Virus record (IMG/VR): IMGVR_UViG_3300037067_011041 | Location: 1-64,000 of that record | Source of the DNA: a virus | Lineage: Duplodnaviria; Caudoviricetes | DNA length: 64,000 nt | Reading direction: 5' to 3' (one strand) | Shown: positions 56,707 to 64,000 of the stretch, piece after piece | Layout of the letters: each line of letters starts with the position of its first letter | Position numbering within the stretch: position 1 is the first letter of the stretch | The notes under the pieces: generated by a model | Seen by the model: the letters and a program-made list of their open reading frames with translations, nothing else | Told to the model about the DNA's origin: nothing | Databases searched by the model: none | Made by a program: the position numbers and the translations under genes

Positions 56707-59282
56707 GATTTCGCGAAGACGTCTACTACATTGACACGGAAACCCTTGGTTTTCACGGACTCGCCACGCTCATCCAGTGGGCCTTCGAGGACGGCGACGT
56801 TCACTTGCACAATCTCTGGGACGTGCCGGTAAAGGACACGCTTGCCCTGATTGAAGAGTTCACGCAACATACATGCGTGTTCTTCAACGCTGCGTACGAT
56901 TGGTTCCACTTGTGCAAGATCTACACAATGTGGTTGTTGCTTCCTCCGGACGCAATCCCATGCAAGCTGCCTATCGACATGCTTGTCAAGGCCGAGGATG
57001 AAGCCCGTGACGGCCCTTGCTTGAAGCCAAAGAACGTGATGGATCTTATGCTCCATTCACGCAAAGGTGAATTCCAAACCCTCATGTCGCGACATGATGT
57101 GAAGGTGACAAAGGTTCCAACCCCGCTTGCCGAGCCTTTGCGAAACAAGCTGGAAGACATGATCGAATTGGATGGCATCTTGTTCGCCAAGAGGGCCAAT
57201 CCAAATGCGCCGAAGTGGGGCGTGTACGACAGGATCAAACGTGGCAAGGAAGACACGATCGATCCGAATTTCAAAGACGTGATTCTCAAGTTCAAGCCCG
57301 CTCGCGGGTTGAAATATCTAGCCCAACACTGCCTTGGTCTGGACCCGGAGTTCCACTCATTCAAGGATGTGTATCCGGAACGAGACGGCAAGTTGTTCGA
57401 GTTGGGATACGCCCCATTCGCCAACGCCATATCGTCGGCCGAGAAAGAGTGGAAGGTATGGGACAAGAACGGAAAGCTGAAAGGGCGGGCGTGGCCCGCA
57501 TACATTTACGGAGATGTCGAACACTGGAGAACGAATGAAGAGGCACGAAGGTACGCTAGAGACGACGTCACTTACACAAGATTGCTTGACGAGTATTTCG
57601 GATTCCAGCCCGCCGGTGATACCGACTCGGTGCTCGCCTGCATGGTTGCAGCAGTCAGATGGCATGGCTTTGTCGTCGACGTTGACGCAGTCACCGAACT
57701 ACTTTCAAAATCCAGGGAGGTGCTTGCGGCATCCCCTGTAAACATCAACAAGCCGCAACAAGTAAAGCGATACATTCGTGCAGTGATGGCCGAGGAAGAG
57801 GCTATCCTGATTGACAAGTCCACAAAGAAAGCCAACCTGGAGAAGATTCGATCCGATTATGTTGTCAACCCAGACGATGTTGATCCTGATCTTGGCGGCG
57901 AGCTATGCATACGCTGCTTGGGCGAGGGAGAAGAGGCTTCTGGCCCTTGTCCGCGATGTGAGGGAAGAGGTTATCTTCCTGTCGGCCCAACTCTGGCCTC
58001 AAAACGGGCAGACGAAATCCTCAAGTGCAAAGTTGCCGCAAAGGAAAACGAACTCTATGAAAAGCTTCTCAAGGCAAGGCGCTTTCACGCAGCGTTCAAA
58101 GTCATCGGCACCTTGTCTTCGCGTATGGCGGGAGGAGAAGGACTGAATGCCCAAGGCATCAAGGGCAGCAAGGAAGTTCGTGGTGCCTTCCCGCTGAAGT
58201 GGGATGGAATGGTATTGTGTGGCGGTGACTTCGACGGATTCGAGGTTACGATCGCTGACGCTGTGTTTGGTGACGCGAAGCTTCGCGAGAACCTCCTTGC
58301 AGGTATCTCGATCCACGTCATGATGGCCGAGAAGATCTATCCGGACAAGACTCGCGAGCAAATCAAGGCCAGTAAGGGGATGGCTGATGGTGGCGACATT
58401 GACATGTACACTCGTGGTAAGCAAGCGGTGTTTGCCACGTTGTACGGCGGCGACGCCAACACGATTAACAAGAAGCTGTCCATTCCGAAGAAGATCGCTG
58501 AGGCGGCCTTCGACGCGTTCCAGGAAGAGTATCCAGGCATCAAGGAGACACGCGAGAACATCGCAAAGTCGTTTGAAGCCTTGAAGCAGCACGGTGAGAT
58601 CGGCACGGGCCATATCAGCTACACCGAACCCGCAGAGTATGTCGAGACCTTCCTTGGGTTCCGCCGATACTTCACGCTGGAAAACAAGATCGCCAAGGCC
58701 CTTTTCGATCTCGCACATGACACGCCGAAAGCTTGGCGCAAGCTTGACTGGAAAGTTGTCCGACGCGACCGAGAGCAGACGCCTGCCGGAGCGGTGTCTT
58801 CTGCCTTGTATGGGGCGGCGTTTCAGATCCAGGCCAGCACGATTCGTGCCGCCAACAATCATCTCATCCAATCCCCTGGGGCGATGATTACAAAGGACTT
58901 GCAACGGAACATCTGGGAAGTGCAACCGTACGGCGTGAACGAGTGGCGGGTGGCCCCGATGAATATTCATGACGAAGTTCTTAGCGTAACGGCGCCAGCG
59001 TATGTCGACGCAGTTACGGGCATCACCGTCAAGACTGTCGAATCGTTCCGCGATCGCGTCCCGTTGATCGGAATGTCGTGGGTCAAGTCAATGGAGAACT
59101 GGGCTGGCAAAAAGGGCGGTGAGGAAGACCTTGAGGTGCATATCACCCCAGAAGGTGTAACTGGATGGGTGAGTCTTCAAGACGATTGCTATGTCGAGCC
59201 CATCGACATTACTGAACTGGAAGCCCTCGACGAAGAGGACGACCCATGTCCAGACACAAGTTACTTAGACAGTCTTATTTGA
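56703..59282 (+). CDS. polA: family A DNA polymerase with 3'-5' exonuclease domain
   Basis: IDTET, FNAAYD, YARDD exo motifs; GGDFDGFE (A), RGKQAVFATLYG (B), NHLIQS, NIHDE (C). Confidence 0.92.
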   Translation: MRFREDVYYIDTETLGFHGLATLIQWAFEDGDVHLHNLWDVPVKDTLALIEEFTQHTCVFFNAAYDWFHLCKIYTMWLLLPPDAIPCKLPIDMLVKAEDEARDGPCLKPKNVMDLMLHSRKGEFQTLMSRHDVKVTKVPTPLAEPLRNKLEDMIELDGILFAKRANPNAPKWGVYDRIKRGKEDTIDPNFKDVILKFKPARGLKYLAQHCLGLDPEFHSFKDVYPERDGKLFELGYAPFANAISSAEKEWKVWDKNGKLKGRAWPAYIYGDVEHWRTNEEARRYARDDVTYTRLLDEYFGFQPAGDTDSVLACMVAAVRWHGFVVDVDAVTELLSKSREVLAASPVNINKPQQVKRYIRAVMAEEEAILIDKSTKKANLEKIRSDYVVNPDDVDPDLGGELCIRCLGEGEEASGPCPRCEGRGYLPVGPTLASKRADEILKCKVAAKENELYEKLLKARRFHAAFKVIGTLSSRMAGGEGLNAQGIKGSKEVRGAFPLKWDGMVLCGGDFDGFEVTIADAVFGDAKLRENLLAGISIHVMMAEKIYPDKTREQIKASKGMADGGDIDMYTRGKQAVFATLYGGDANTINKKLSIPKKIAEAAFDAFQEEYPGIKETRENIAKSFEALKQHGEIGTGHISYTEPAEYVETFLGFRRYFTLENKIAKALFDLAHDTPKAWRKLDWKVVRRDREQTPAGAVSSALYGAAFQIQASTIRAANNHLIQSPGAMITKDLQRNIWEVQPYGVNEWRVAPMNIHDEVLSVTAPAYVDAVTGITVKTVESFRDRVPLIGMSWVKSMENWAGKKGGEEDLEVHITPEGVTGWVSLQDDCYVEPIDITELEALDEEDDPCPDTSYLDSLI

Positions 59283-59287
59283 GGAAC

Positions 59288-59584
59288 ATGATGGACGTAG
59301 CTATACGCGATATCTGGCGACGAATGTCCAAGCCCCCTTGGGTGACGTTGCATTGGAATGCTGGCAGTCACTGTTATGACCACATAGTGTTCTACCAGAT
59401 AGAGAACCAGAAGCGACGGCGGCGTCAAGTCGTCAAGTTTGAGGCGTGCCATATGTACAAGGCCGACGACTCGCACACAATCAGGTACATAGCAAGCGTG
59501 CTTCAAGACGGGTTGGAAGACGTCATGCGAAACACGGTTGACGCCGCTGTTGGCTCGATCGACGTTTATAGGGATGATGACTGA
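59288..59584 (+). CDS. hypothetical protein
   Basis: GAGGA RBS. Confidence 0.55.
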   Translation: MMDVAIRDIWRRMSKPPWVTLHWNAGSHCYDHIVFYQIENQKRRRRQVVKFEACHMYKADDSHTIRYIASVLQDGLEDVMRNTVDAAVGSIDVYRDDD

Positions 59585-59802
59585 TGGACACGATTATCTA
59601 CTTCCTTCGGAAGAAGAACACAACAGACCAATACTATCTCCGAAGAGGAGGCAGAAAGAATCTCTACGGCGATAAACGCGGCACCAGGGAGCCTGTGTGG
59701 GGATCAATGAAAAAGGCGGCCTGTTGGACTTCTCCGAACGGCCCTCGCCCGATTCGAGGTGACAACGACATCGTAGGTTTCAAACTCGGAATTGAGATAT
59801 GA
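59584..59802 (+). CDS. basic hypothetical protein
   Basis: TGATG coupling. Confidence 0.55.
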   Translation: MDTIIYFLRKKNTTDQYYLRRGGRKNLYGDKRGTREPVWGSMKKAACWTSPNGPRPIRGDNDIVGFKLGIEI

Positions 59803-60224
59803 GTGACTCAAACACAACTACCCGGCCGCACTGGTTAATTGAACACATACTTGGAGAGAAAATGAACGACTATCACATCGCTGCTCACAAAGCCACGAAT
59901 TACTTTGACATCCCTCGCACACTCGGCAGCTATGAGTGTGGCTGGTGGCTTCGCGGTCTTCCCCCGATGATGTATCAGCACTACGCCCAGTCGCTGGCGG
60001 TCGAGGCCGCCTTCGAGTGGAACGGAAACGACATCGATGACTTGGTCGACATCATTTACGAAAAGTTCGATGCGGCCCGGCCGGATATCGTATACACCTG
60101 CGAAGGCGCCAAGCACTTGCACGAAGAGATCGCCCTGCTTCAGCAAGAGGTAGTCCTTCTGTCCGATGGCGTGAAGATCGCCACTGCATACATCAACGCC
60201 TTGCAAGAAGTTATGGAAGGCTGA
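59799..60224 (+). CDS. hypothetical protein
   Basis: ATGA coupling. Confidence 0.6.
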   Translation: MSDSNTTTRPHWLIEHILGEKMNDYHIAAHKATNYFDIPRTLGSYECGWWLRGLPPMMYQHYAQSLAVEAAFEWNGNDIDDLVDIIYEKFDAARPDIVYTCEGAKHLHEEIALLQQEVVLLSDGVKIATAYINALQEVMEG

Positions 60225-60227
60225 ACC

Positions 60228-60446
60228 ATGGGTCAAGACATTCCAAGCGAATATCCAGACAACAATCATCTCTGTACCGAGTACAAGTTCTACGCCCCGC
60301 CTCCGATTCAAAGCCGACTATTCCTATCGGGCGACGCGTACGGTCTGGTATTTGATCTGCGACACCCGGTTCCGAGTAGATGGTGTCAGTGGTGGCAACG
60401 CGTGTTTTTCGGTTTCCGCTGGGAAAAAGTTCGGAAACCTTCTTGA
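60228..60446 (+). CDS. hypothetical protein
   Basis: PSRWCQWWQRVFFGFRW motif. Confidence 0.6.
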   Translation: MGQDIPSEYPDNNHLCTEYKFYAPPPIQSRLFLSGDAYGLVFDLRHPVPSRWCQWWQRVFFGFRWEKVRKPS

Positions 60447-60470
60447 CTTTTGCATATCTTGTGGTATACT
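60443..60470 (+). promoter_or_regulatory. sigma70-like promoter TTGACT-N16-TATACT with TGTGG extension
   Basis: ATG 7 nt downstream of the -10 box. Confidence 0.85.
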
Positions 60471-60477
60471 TGTAGAT

Positions 60478-60783
60478 ATGCGTAACCCAACGGAGACGAA
60501 GACGGAGACGAACATGAACGAAAACAACCGAAGAACACTCAGGGCTCTCTTGGATATCCTAAGCGATGCCCACTTGGCAATCACTGAGCAAGGGGCCAGC
60601 GTCAATGGTGCGTTCCTCAAGTTGGATGAGAGTATCGAAGCTTCGATCGGCGTCGCTATTTATGCCAAGCGACCAAGCAGCCAAATCGATACCCTCATTG
60701 CTCTCCTGCAAGAGCAGGCACAGCGGTGCATCCGGATCGCCGAGGAACTGGAAACAGTGAAAAATAATGTGAAAGTCCCTTGA
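60478..60783 (+). CDS. hypothetical protein
   Basis: Leaderless ATG at 60478, or RBS-led ATG at 60514. Confidence 0.6.
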   Translation: MRNPTETKTETNMNENNRRTLRALLDILSDAHLAITEQGASVNGAFLKLDESIEASIGVAIYAKRPSSQIDTLIALLQEQAQRCIRIAEELETVKNNVKVP

Positions 60784-60807
60784 CTTTCTCTTTGCGTGTG
60801 GTATACT
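60780..60807 (+). promoter_or_regulatory. sigma70-like promoter for the tRNA region
   Basis: TTGACT-N16-TATACT with TGTGG. Confidence 0.85.
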
Positions 60808-60897
60808 TGAGTGTATTCAGAGCATCTTCGATAAAACGCAGAACTCGAAGACAGGAGACTCAGCTATGCCACGGGCGGGCTAAAGACCTGCTGGCAC

Positions 60898-60970
60898 TGT
60901 GCGGTAGCTCAACCGGTAGAGCAACAGATTGTTAATCTGTGGAGTGTAGGTTCAAATCCTACCCGCGCAG
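60898..60970 (+). tRNA. tRNA-Asn(GTT), no encoded CCA
   Basis: Full cloverleaf: TGTGCGG/CCGCGCA, GCTC/GAGC, ACAGA-TTGTTAA-TCTGT, GTAGG-TTCAAAT-CCTAC. Confidence 0.93.
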
Positions 60971-60972
60971 CT

Positions 60973-61094
60973 TCGGGAGCGGCCAAATGGAGCCACAGTT
61001 GTTTCGCCGGGGAGTCAACCCCGTGCAGGGTGGTTGGCCGGTCGACTGCAAACGGCGAATGCTTCAGCGGTGCAGCGCTGATTAAGACTCCCGA
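60973..61094 (+). ncRNA. structured RNA downstream of tRNA-Asn (HDV-ribozyme-like features)
   Basis: Closing stem TCGGGAG/CTCCCGA, several internal stems, GGCCAA/TTGGCC pseudoknot, GGCGAAT motif. Confidence 0.45.
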
Positions 61095-61113
61095 TAACAC
61101 AAGGAGAAGAGAA

Positions 61114-61350
61114 ATGAAGTGGGCGGCAGCCGTCATAATCGAGACATCAGAGGAGTTACTCCTTCGGGCCATGTACATACGGGCCAGCAGCCGTTATGAG
61201 GCACTTGGAAAGGCGTATGACACTGCATGTAGACTGTGGCCCGGCAGCCTGCGTGTACACGTCAACATTTGCCCAGCCGACGAGAGGCATTTAATCAACG
61301 ACCCAGAACAAGCAGAGATAGAGCCGAATGAAAATCAAAGAACTTCGTGA
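61114..61350 (+). CDS. hypothetical protein
   Basis: AAGGAG RBS before MKWAAAV. Confidence 0.6.
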   Translation: MKWAAAVIIETSEELLLRAMYIRASSRYEALGKAYDTACRLWPGSLRVHVNICPADERHLINDPEQAEIEPNENQRTS

Positions 61351-61555
61351 CGCACTGAATAGGGTCGATGGCGATGCCGAGTTGACGCTGTGGTTCCACG
61401 AGAGGGGCGAGAGAGTCGAACTCGCACTCACCGAATTGGCTGTAACGGGAATGTGGCAGGCCCCAGAGAAGGGGCGGCTAACTACTGCCATATCCGATCT
61501 TCCCCTGTACGCCGAACTTACCTTCGAGATGAAATCAGATGAAGAAGAAGACTAA
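61328..61555 (+). CDS. hypothetical protein
   Basis: MKIKELRDAL pattern. Confidence 0.6.
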   Translation: MKIKELRDALNRVDGDAELTLWFHERGERVELALTELAVTGMWQAPEKGRLTTAISDLPLYAELTFEMKSDEEED

Positions 61556-61784
61556 GCGGCACGGCAGGAAGAAGCCGTACACCATTGACGGTGTAAAGAG
61601 GCTGCCGTGCGTGCGGTGTGGCAAGCCTGCCCATGCACAATGGAACACCTGCGCCGACGGTCTTCAACGGCCAATCTGCAAGGAGTGCGACGTGCTGTTG
61701 AACTTCATTGTCTTGATGTTCATGGAAGACCCGGACATCGACGAGAAGATCGAGAAGTACGCAGCGGGCATGGAGAAGGAATAA
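61539..61784 (+). CDS. Zn-finger hypothetical protein
   Basis: CVRC...C...CKEC. Confidence 0.65.
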   Translation: MKKKTKRHGRKKPYTIDGVKRLPCVRCGKPAHAQWNTCADGLQRPICKECDVLLNFIVLMFMEDPDIDEKIEKYAAGMEKE

Positions 61785-61789
61785 TACAC

Positions 61790-61861
61790 AGTGGACGGGA
61801 GGCAAGGCGTCTTGCGGGCCTCATAAGCCCGTAGAGGTGGGTTCGATTCCCACGTCCACAA
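61790..61861 (+). tRNA. tRNA with CAT anticodon (Met/fMet/Ile2)
   Basis: GTGGAC/GTCCAC acceptor with A1:A72 mismatch, CGGGC-CTCATAA-GCCCG, GTGGG-TTCGATT-CCCAC. Confidence 0.85.
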
Positions 61862-61863
61862 CT

Positions 61864-61933
61864 TGGAGGGGCATGGCGCGACCGGGTGGATGCTAGCGGC
61901 CCGGCATGGGTGGTTCAAATCCACGCCCTCCAG
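61864..61933 (+). ncRNA. D-armless tRNA-like RNA
   Basis: TGGAGGG/CCCTCCA+G acceptor, GTGG-TTCAAAT-CCAC T-arm, CCGGGT/GCCCGG stem, no D-stem. Confidence 0.65.
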
Positions 61934-61969
61934 TTTCACTTTTACCTTTTCACTTTTCAGGAGTCACAC

Positions 61970-62215
61970 GTGCCAACAACTTTGAAGCCAGCGACAGACG
62001 GTGTTATGTTCGACGAACTTGACGACGGCCAGCTTGTTGTCGTCTTGAGTTCCGACCAAGATTACGATATCGGCAAGATCGCTCAGCGGCATGGCGACTG
62101 GCTGGTCATGGTCGGCGAGCCAGAGTCGGAAACTTACATGGAACCCGATGAACATGAACTGACCTTCCGAGTGCTGGCCGATGGTGAGTTGATCGCCGTA
62201 ACTGACAACGGCTAA
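61970..62215 (+). CDS. acidic hypothetical protein
   Basis: AGGAG RBS before GTG. Confidence 0.6.
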   Translation: MPTTLKPATDGVMFDELDDGQLVVVLSSDQDYDIGKIAQRHGDWLVMVGEPESETYMEPDEHELTFRVLADGELIAVTDNG

Positions 62216-62239
62216 ACATACCGAACACGAGAGCAAGCC

Positions 62240-62533
62240 ATGAGTGACAATGATAGACAAACGATAATGACAATCGGCCTTGTTGCTGTGTTTCTTTGTG
62301 TGCTTGCTCTCATGTTCGGCATCACTTACTTACAGCATTACAACGCTGTGACGGCCGACAAGCTTGAAGACATCAAGATGTGGGTTCGAGACACTCCGGA
62401 ACTTCAGGAACACGTTTGTAAGGCGGGCGCCGATGGTGAGTTTGACAACTGGGATTACATCCGTCTGCAACAGCTTCACTCAGAACTCAGGTATGACAGC
62501 AACGTCAAACAACTAACCACTTCGTGTGACTGA
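62240..62533 (+). CDS. membrane hypothetical protein
   Basis: N-terminal TM. Confidence 0.6.
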   Translation: MSDNDRQTIMTIGLVAVFLCVLALMFGITYLQHYNAVTADKLEDIKMWVRDTPELQEHVCKAGADGEFDNWDYIRLQQLHSELRYDSNVKQLTTSCD

Positions 62534-62534
62534 C

Positions 62535-62720
62535 ATGAGCCGAACACGTAAAGGCAGCAAAGGACCGGGATACGAGTATTGGTCGAGGCGGCCGGTGTCG
62601 CGTAAGTTCGGTACCTCTCCAGGGCCCTACTCGAAGAAGCGAACCCACTCGATTGAACGGGACGAGGAGAAGGAACTTCTCAGGAAAGAGGCAGAGGAAC
62701 TTGACGAGGATAAGGAATGA
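62535..62720 (+). CDS. small basic protein (MSRTRKGSKGPGYEYWSRRP)
   Basis: ORF track; motif seen in small phage proteins. Confidence 0.65.
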   Translation: MSRTRKGSKGPGYEYWSRRPVSRKFGTSPGPYSKKRTHSIERDEEKELLRKEAEELDEDKE

Positions 62721-63202
62721 GAGATCATCACCGAGGACACAAGATTGAATGGAATGGACGCACCACATGGACGTACGCGCACTTCACCCCTTCACTGCTC
62801 AAATATGGCAAGGAGAGGCCATGCACGAAATGCGGAAAGGTGTCACGTGGGCCCGATCAATGTCTCGGGAAGCTTCCTGGTGTCAAGGCTGCATGCTGTG
62901 GACATGGCGTTGACGAAGACGCCTACATCACATTTGATAGTGGGCTCACTGTTAGAGGCCGGGACGTTCTCAGGCTGCGAGAATGTTGGATGCACCACGC
63001 CGTCGACCCAGGAACCGCCATTGCGATCTACCAGAGGCTGTCGTTCAATGTCGAGGCGACATACAAGCTTTGTCAGGCTGGAGACAGGGGAATACACAAC
63101 CTTGTGGAAATCGCCGCCATCCTGGAGATGCTTGTGCGAAAGTCGGTAGACGTTGCCGGAATCGGCGACGATCTTTTGTACTCTCGTAGAAATTTCACTT
63201 GA
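62717..63202 (+). CDS. Cys-rich hypothetical protein
   Basis: CTKC...CLGKLPGVKAACCGHG. Confidence 0.65.
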   Translation: MRDHHRGHKIEWNGRTTWTYAHFTPSLLKYGKERPCTKCGKVSRGPDQCLGKLPGVKAACCGHGVDEDAYITFDSGLTVRGRDVLRLRECWMHHAVDPGTAIAIYQRLSFNVEATYKLCQAGDRGIHNLVEIAAILEMLVRKSVDVAGIGDDLLYSRRNFT

Positions 63203-63226
63203 CAAACCCGTTTTCTGTGGTATACT
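63199..63226 (+). promoter_or_regulatory. sigma70-like promoter TTGACA-N16-TATACT (leaderless)
   Basis: ATG 6 nt after the -10 box. Confidence 0.85.
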
Positions 63227-63232
63227 TGTAGT

Positions 63233-63781
63233 ATGAACGCATACTTAGCCATCGACATCGAGACCAGCGGACTCAGTCCCGAAAGGAATCAAATCCTTGA
63301 GATCGGGGCGGTGCTGAACGTGCTGGATAAGCCGATAATGGAGTGTCCGACGTTCTATGCCACGGTGTGGCATGAAACTATCGTAGGTAGCTTGTATGCA
63401 CTCAAGCTGAACGCAAGTCTTATTGCGCGACTAGCCGATGGTGAAGGAAAGTCGCCGGGAGACGTAGGGACCGGCTTTCGTAGCTGGTTGCATAACCTTC
63501 GGGCTGCTTTCAATATTGAACAGTTCCATCTGCTAGGAAAGAACGTAGGAAGTTTCGACAAGCCGTTTCTTGAGGCGAGCCTTCCTTACTGGCCGTTCGA
63601 GTGGTTCTCATACCGATGTTTGGAAGTCGGCTCCATGTATGCCACGCCCGAAGGAATTCCAAGCCAGTCGGTATTGGCAAGGACTCTTACTGGATGCTTT
63701 CCAGGTGAAGAACACAACGCGTTGTACGATGCTCGTGTGTCTCTTGCCTTGGCCCGCGACAAATGGGGGATTGCGATATGA
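63233..63781 (+). CDS. second DEDDh 3'-5' exonuclease
   Basis: IDIETSG, GKNVGSFD, HNALYDA. Confidence 0.88.
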   Translation: MNAYLAIDIETSGLSPERNQILEIGAVLNVLDKPIMECPTFYATVWHETIVGSLYALKLNASLIARLADGEGKSPGDVGTGFRSWLHNLRAAFNIEQFHLLGKNVGSFDKPFLEASLPYWPFEWFSYRCLEVGSMYATPEGIPSQSVLARTLTGCFPGEEHNALYDARVSLALARDKWGIAI

Positions 63782-64000
63782 AACCTACTCAGGAACAACT
63801 TGATCGACTGCCGAAGTGGGCCAAAGAGCACTTTGCCAAGCTGCAATACGAGCGTGATTCGGCCGTCGAGCAACTGAATTCACTGCACGACGAGCAAACG
63901 CCGACAGACATCTGGGTGGCGCATATCGAATACTCTACAGGGGAGTTCAAGGAGCGAAAGCAGTACATTGGCGGCACCCGCATTGAAGCCGAGTGCAAAG
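63778..64000 (+). CDS. hypothetical protein, truncated by the window end
   Basis: ATGA coupling; MKPTQEQLDRLPKWAKE... Confidence 0.6.
   Translation, partial: MKPTQEQLDRLPKWAKEHFAKLQYERDSAVEQLNSLHDEQTPTDIWVAHIEYSTGEFKERKQYIGGTRIEAECK

Noticed and set aside
61864-61933. Amber suppressor or pyrrolysine tRNA and genome recoding
   Set aside because: CTA is not centred in a 7-nt loop, and TAG ends many genes cleanly (e.g. 4005, 7802, 25009, 52752) with no fragmented ORFs
60898-61933. Prophage attachment site at the tRNAs
   Set aside because: No integrase, no duplicated tRNA 3' end, and phage-type genes lie on both sides

Overview
The window is most of the genome of a tailed dsDNA phage with a siphovirus-like layout; no host genes or integrase are visible. 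Position 1-3.2 kb is a mostly non-coding region with tiny promoter-driven ORFs, two GC-rich modular repeat arrays and several repeated protein-binding-like sites. Position 3.2-38 kb is a + strand late region: putative terS, holin-like gene, endonuclease VII, a Tat-exported papain-like peptidase containing an intein, a thioredoxin-like protein, terL, portal, scaffold, major capsid, fibre, tail tube, chaperone with a probable -1 frameshift, tape measure and tail tip. Position 38-42.2 kb is a - strand block: primase-helicase, DUF5664 dNTP diphosphohydrolase and DEDDh exonuclease. An origin-like divergent intergenic region follows. Position 42.7-64 kb is a + strand replication and accessory region: ParB-like, putative SSB, SNF2-like helicase, sugar C-methyltransferase-like gene, HMW1C/NGT-type glycosyltransferase, metallophosphoesterase, proteases, family A DNA polymerase, tRNAs and tRNA-like RNAs. 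The best candidate for a new system is a phage-encoded HMW1C/ApNGT-family protein N-glycosyltransferase, coupled to a putative NDP-sugar methyltransferase, in a genome whose tail and fibre proteins carry dense N-X-S/T sequon clusters; this suggests virion N-glycosylation. Other notable items are about 44 co-oriented CAGCGGG junctions in the repeat arrays, a 180-bp element duplicated 40 kb apart, a non-canonical promoter class, leaderless promoters, an HDV-ribozyme-like fold after tRNA-Asn and a D-armless tRNA-like RNA. All calls are by eye; no database searches were run.
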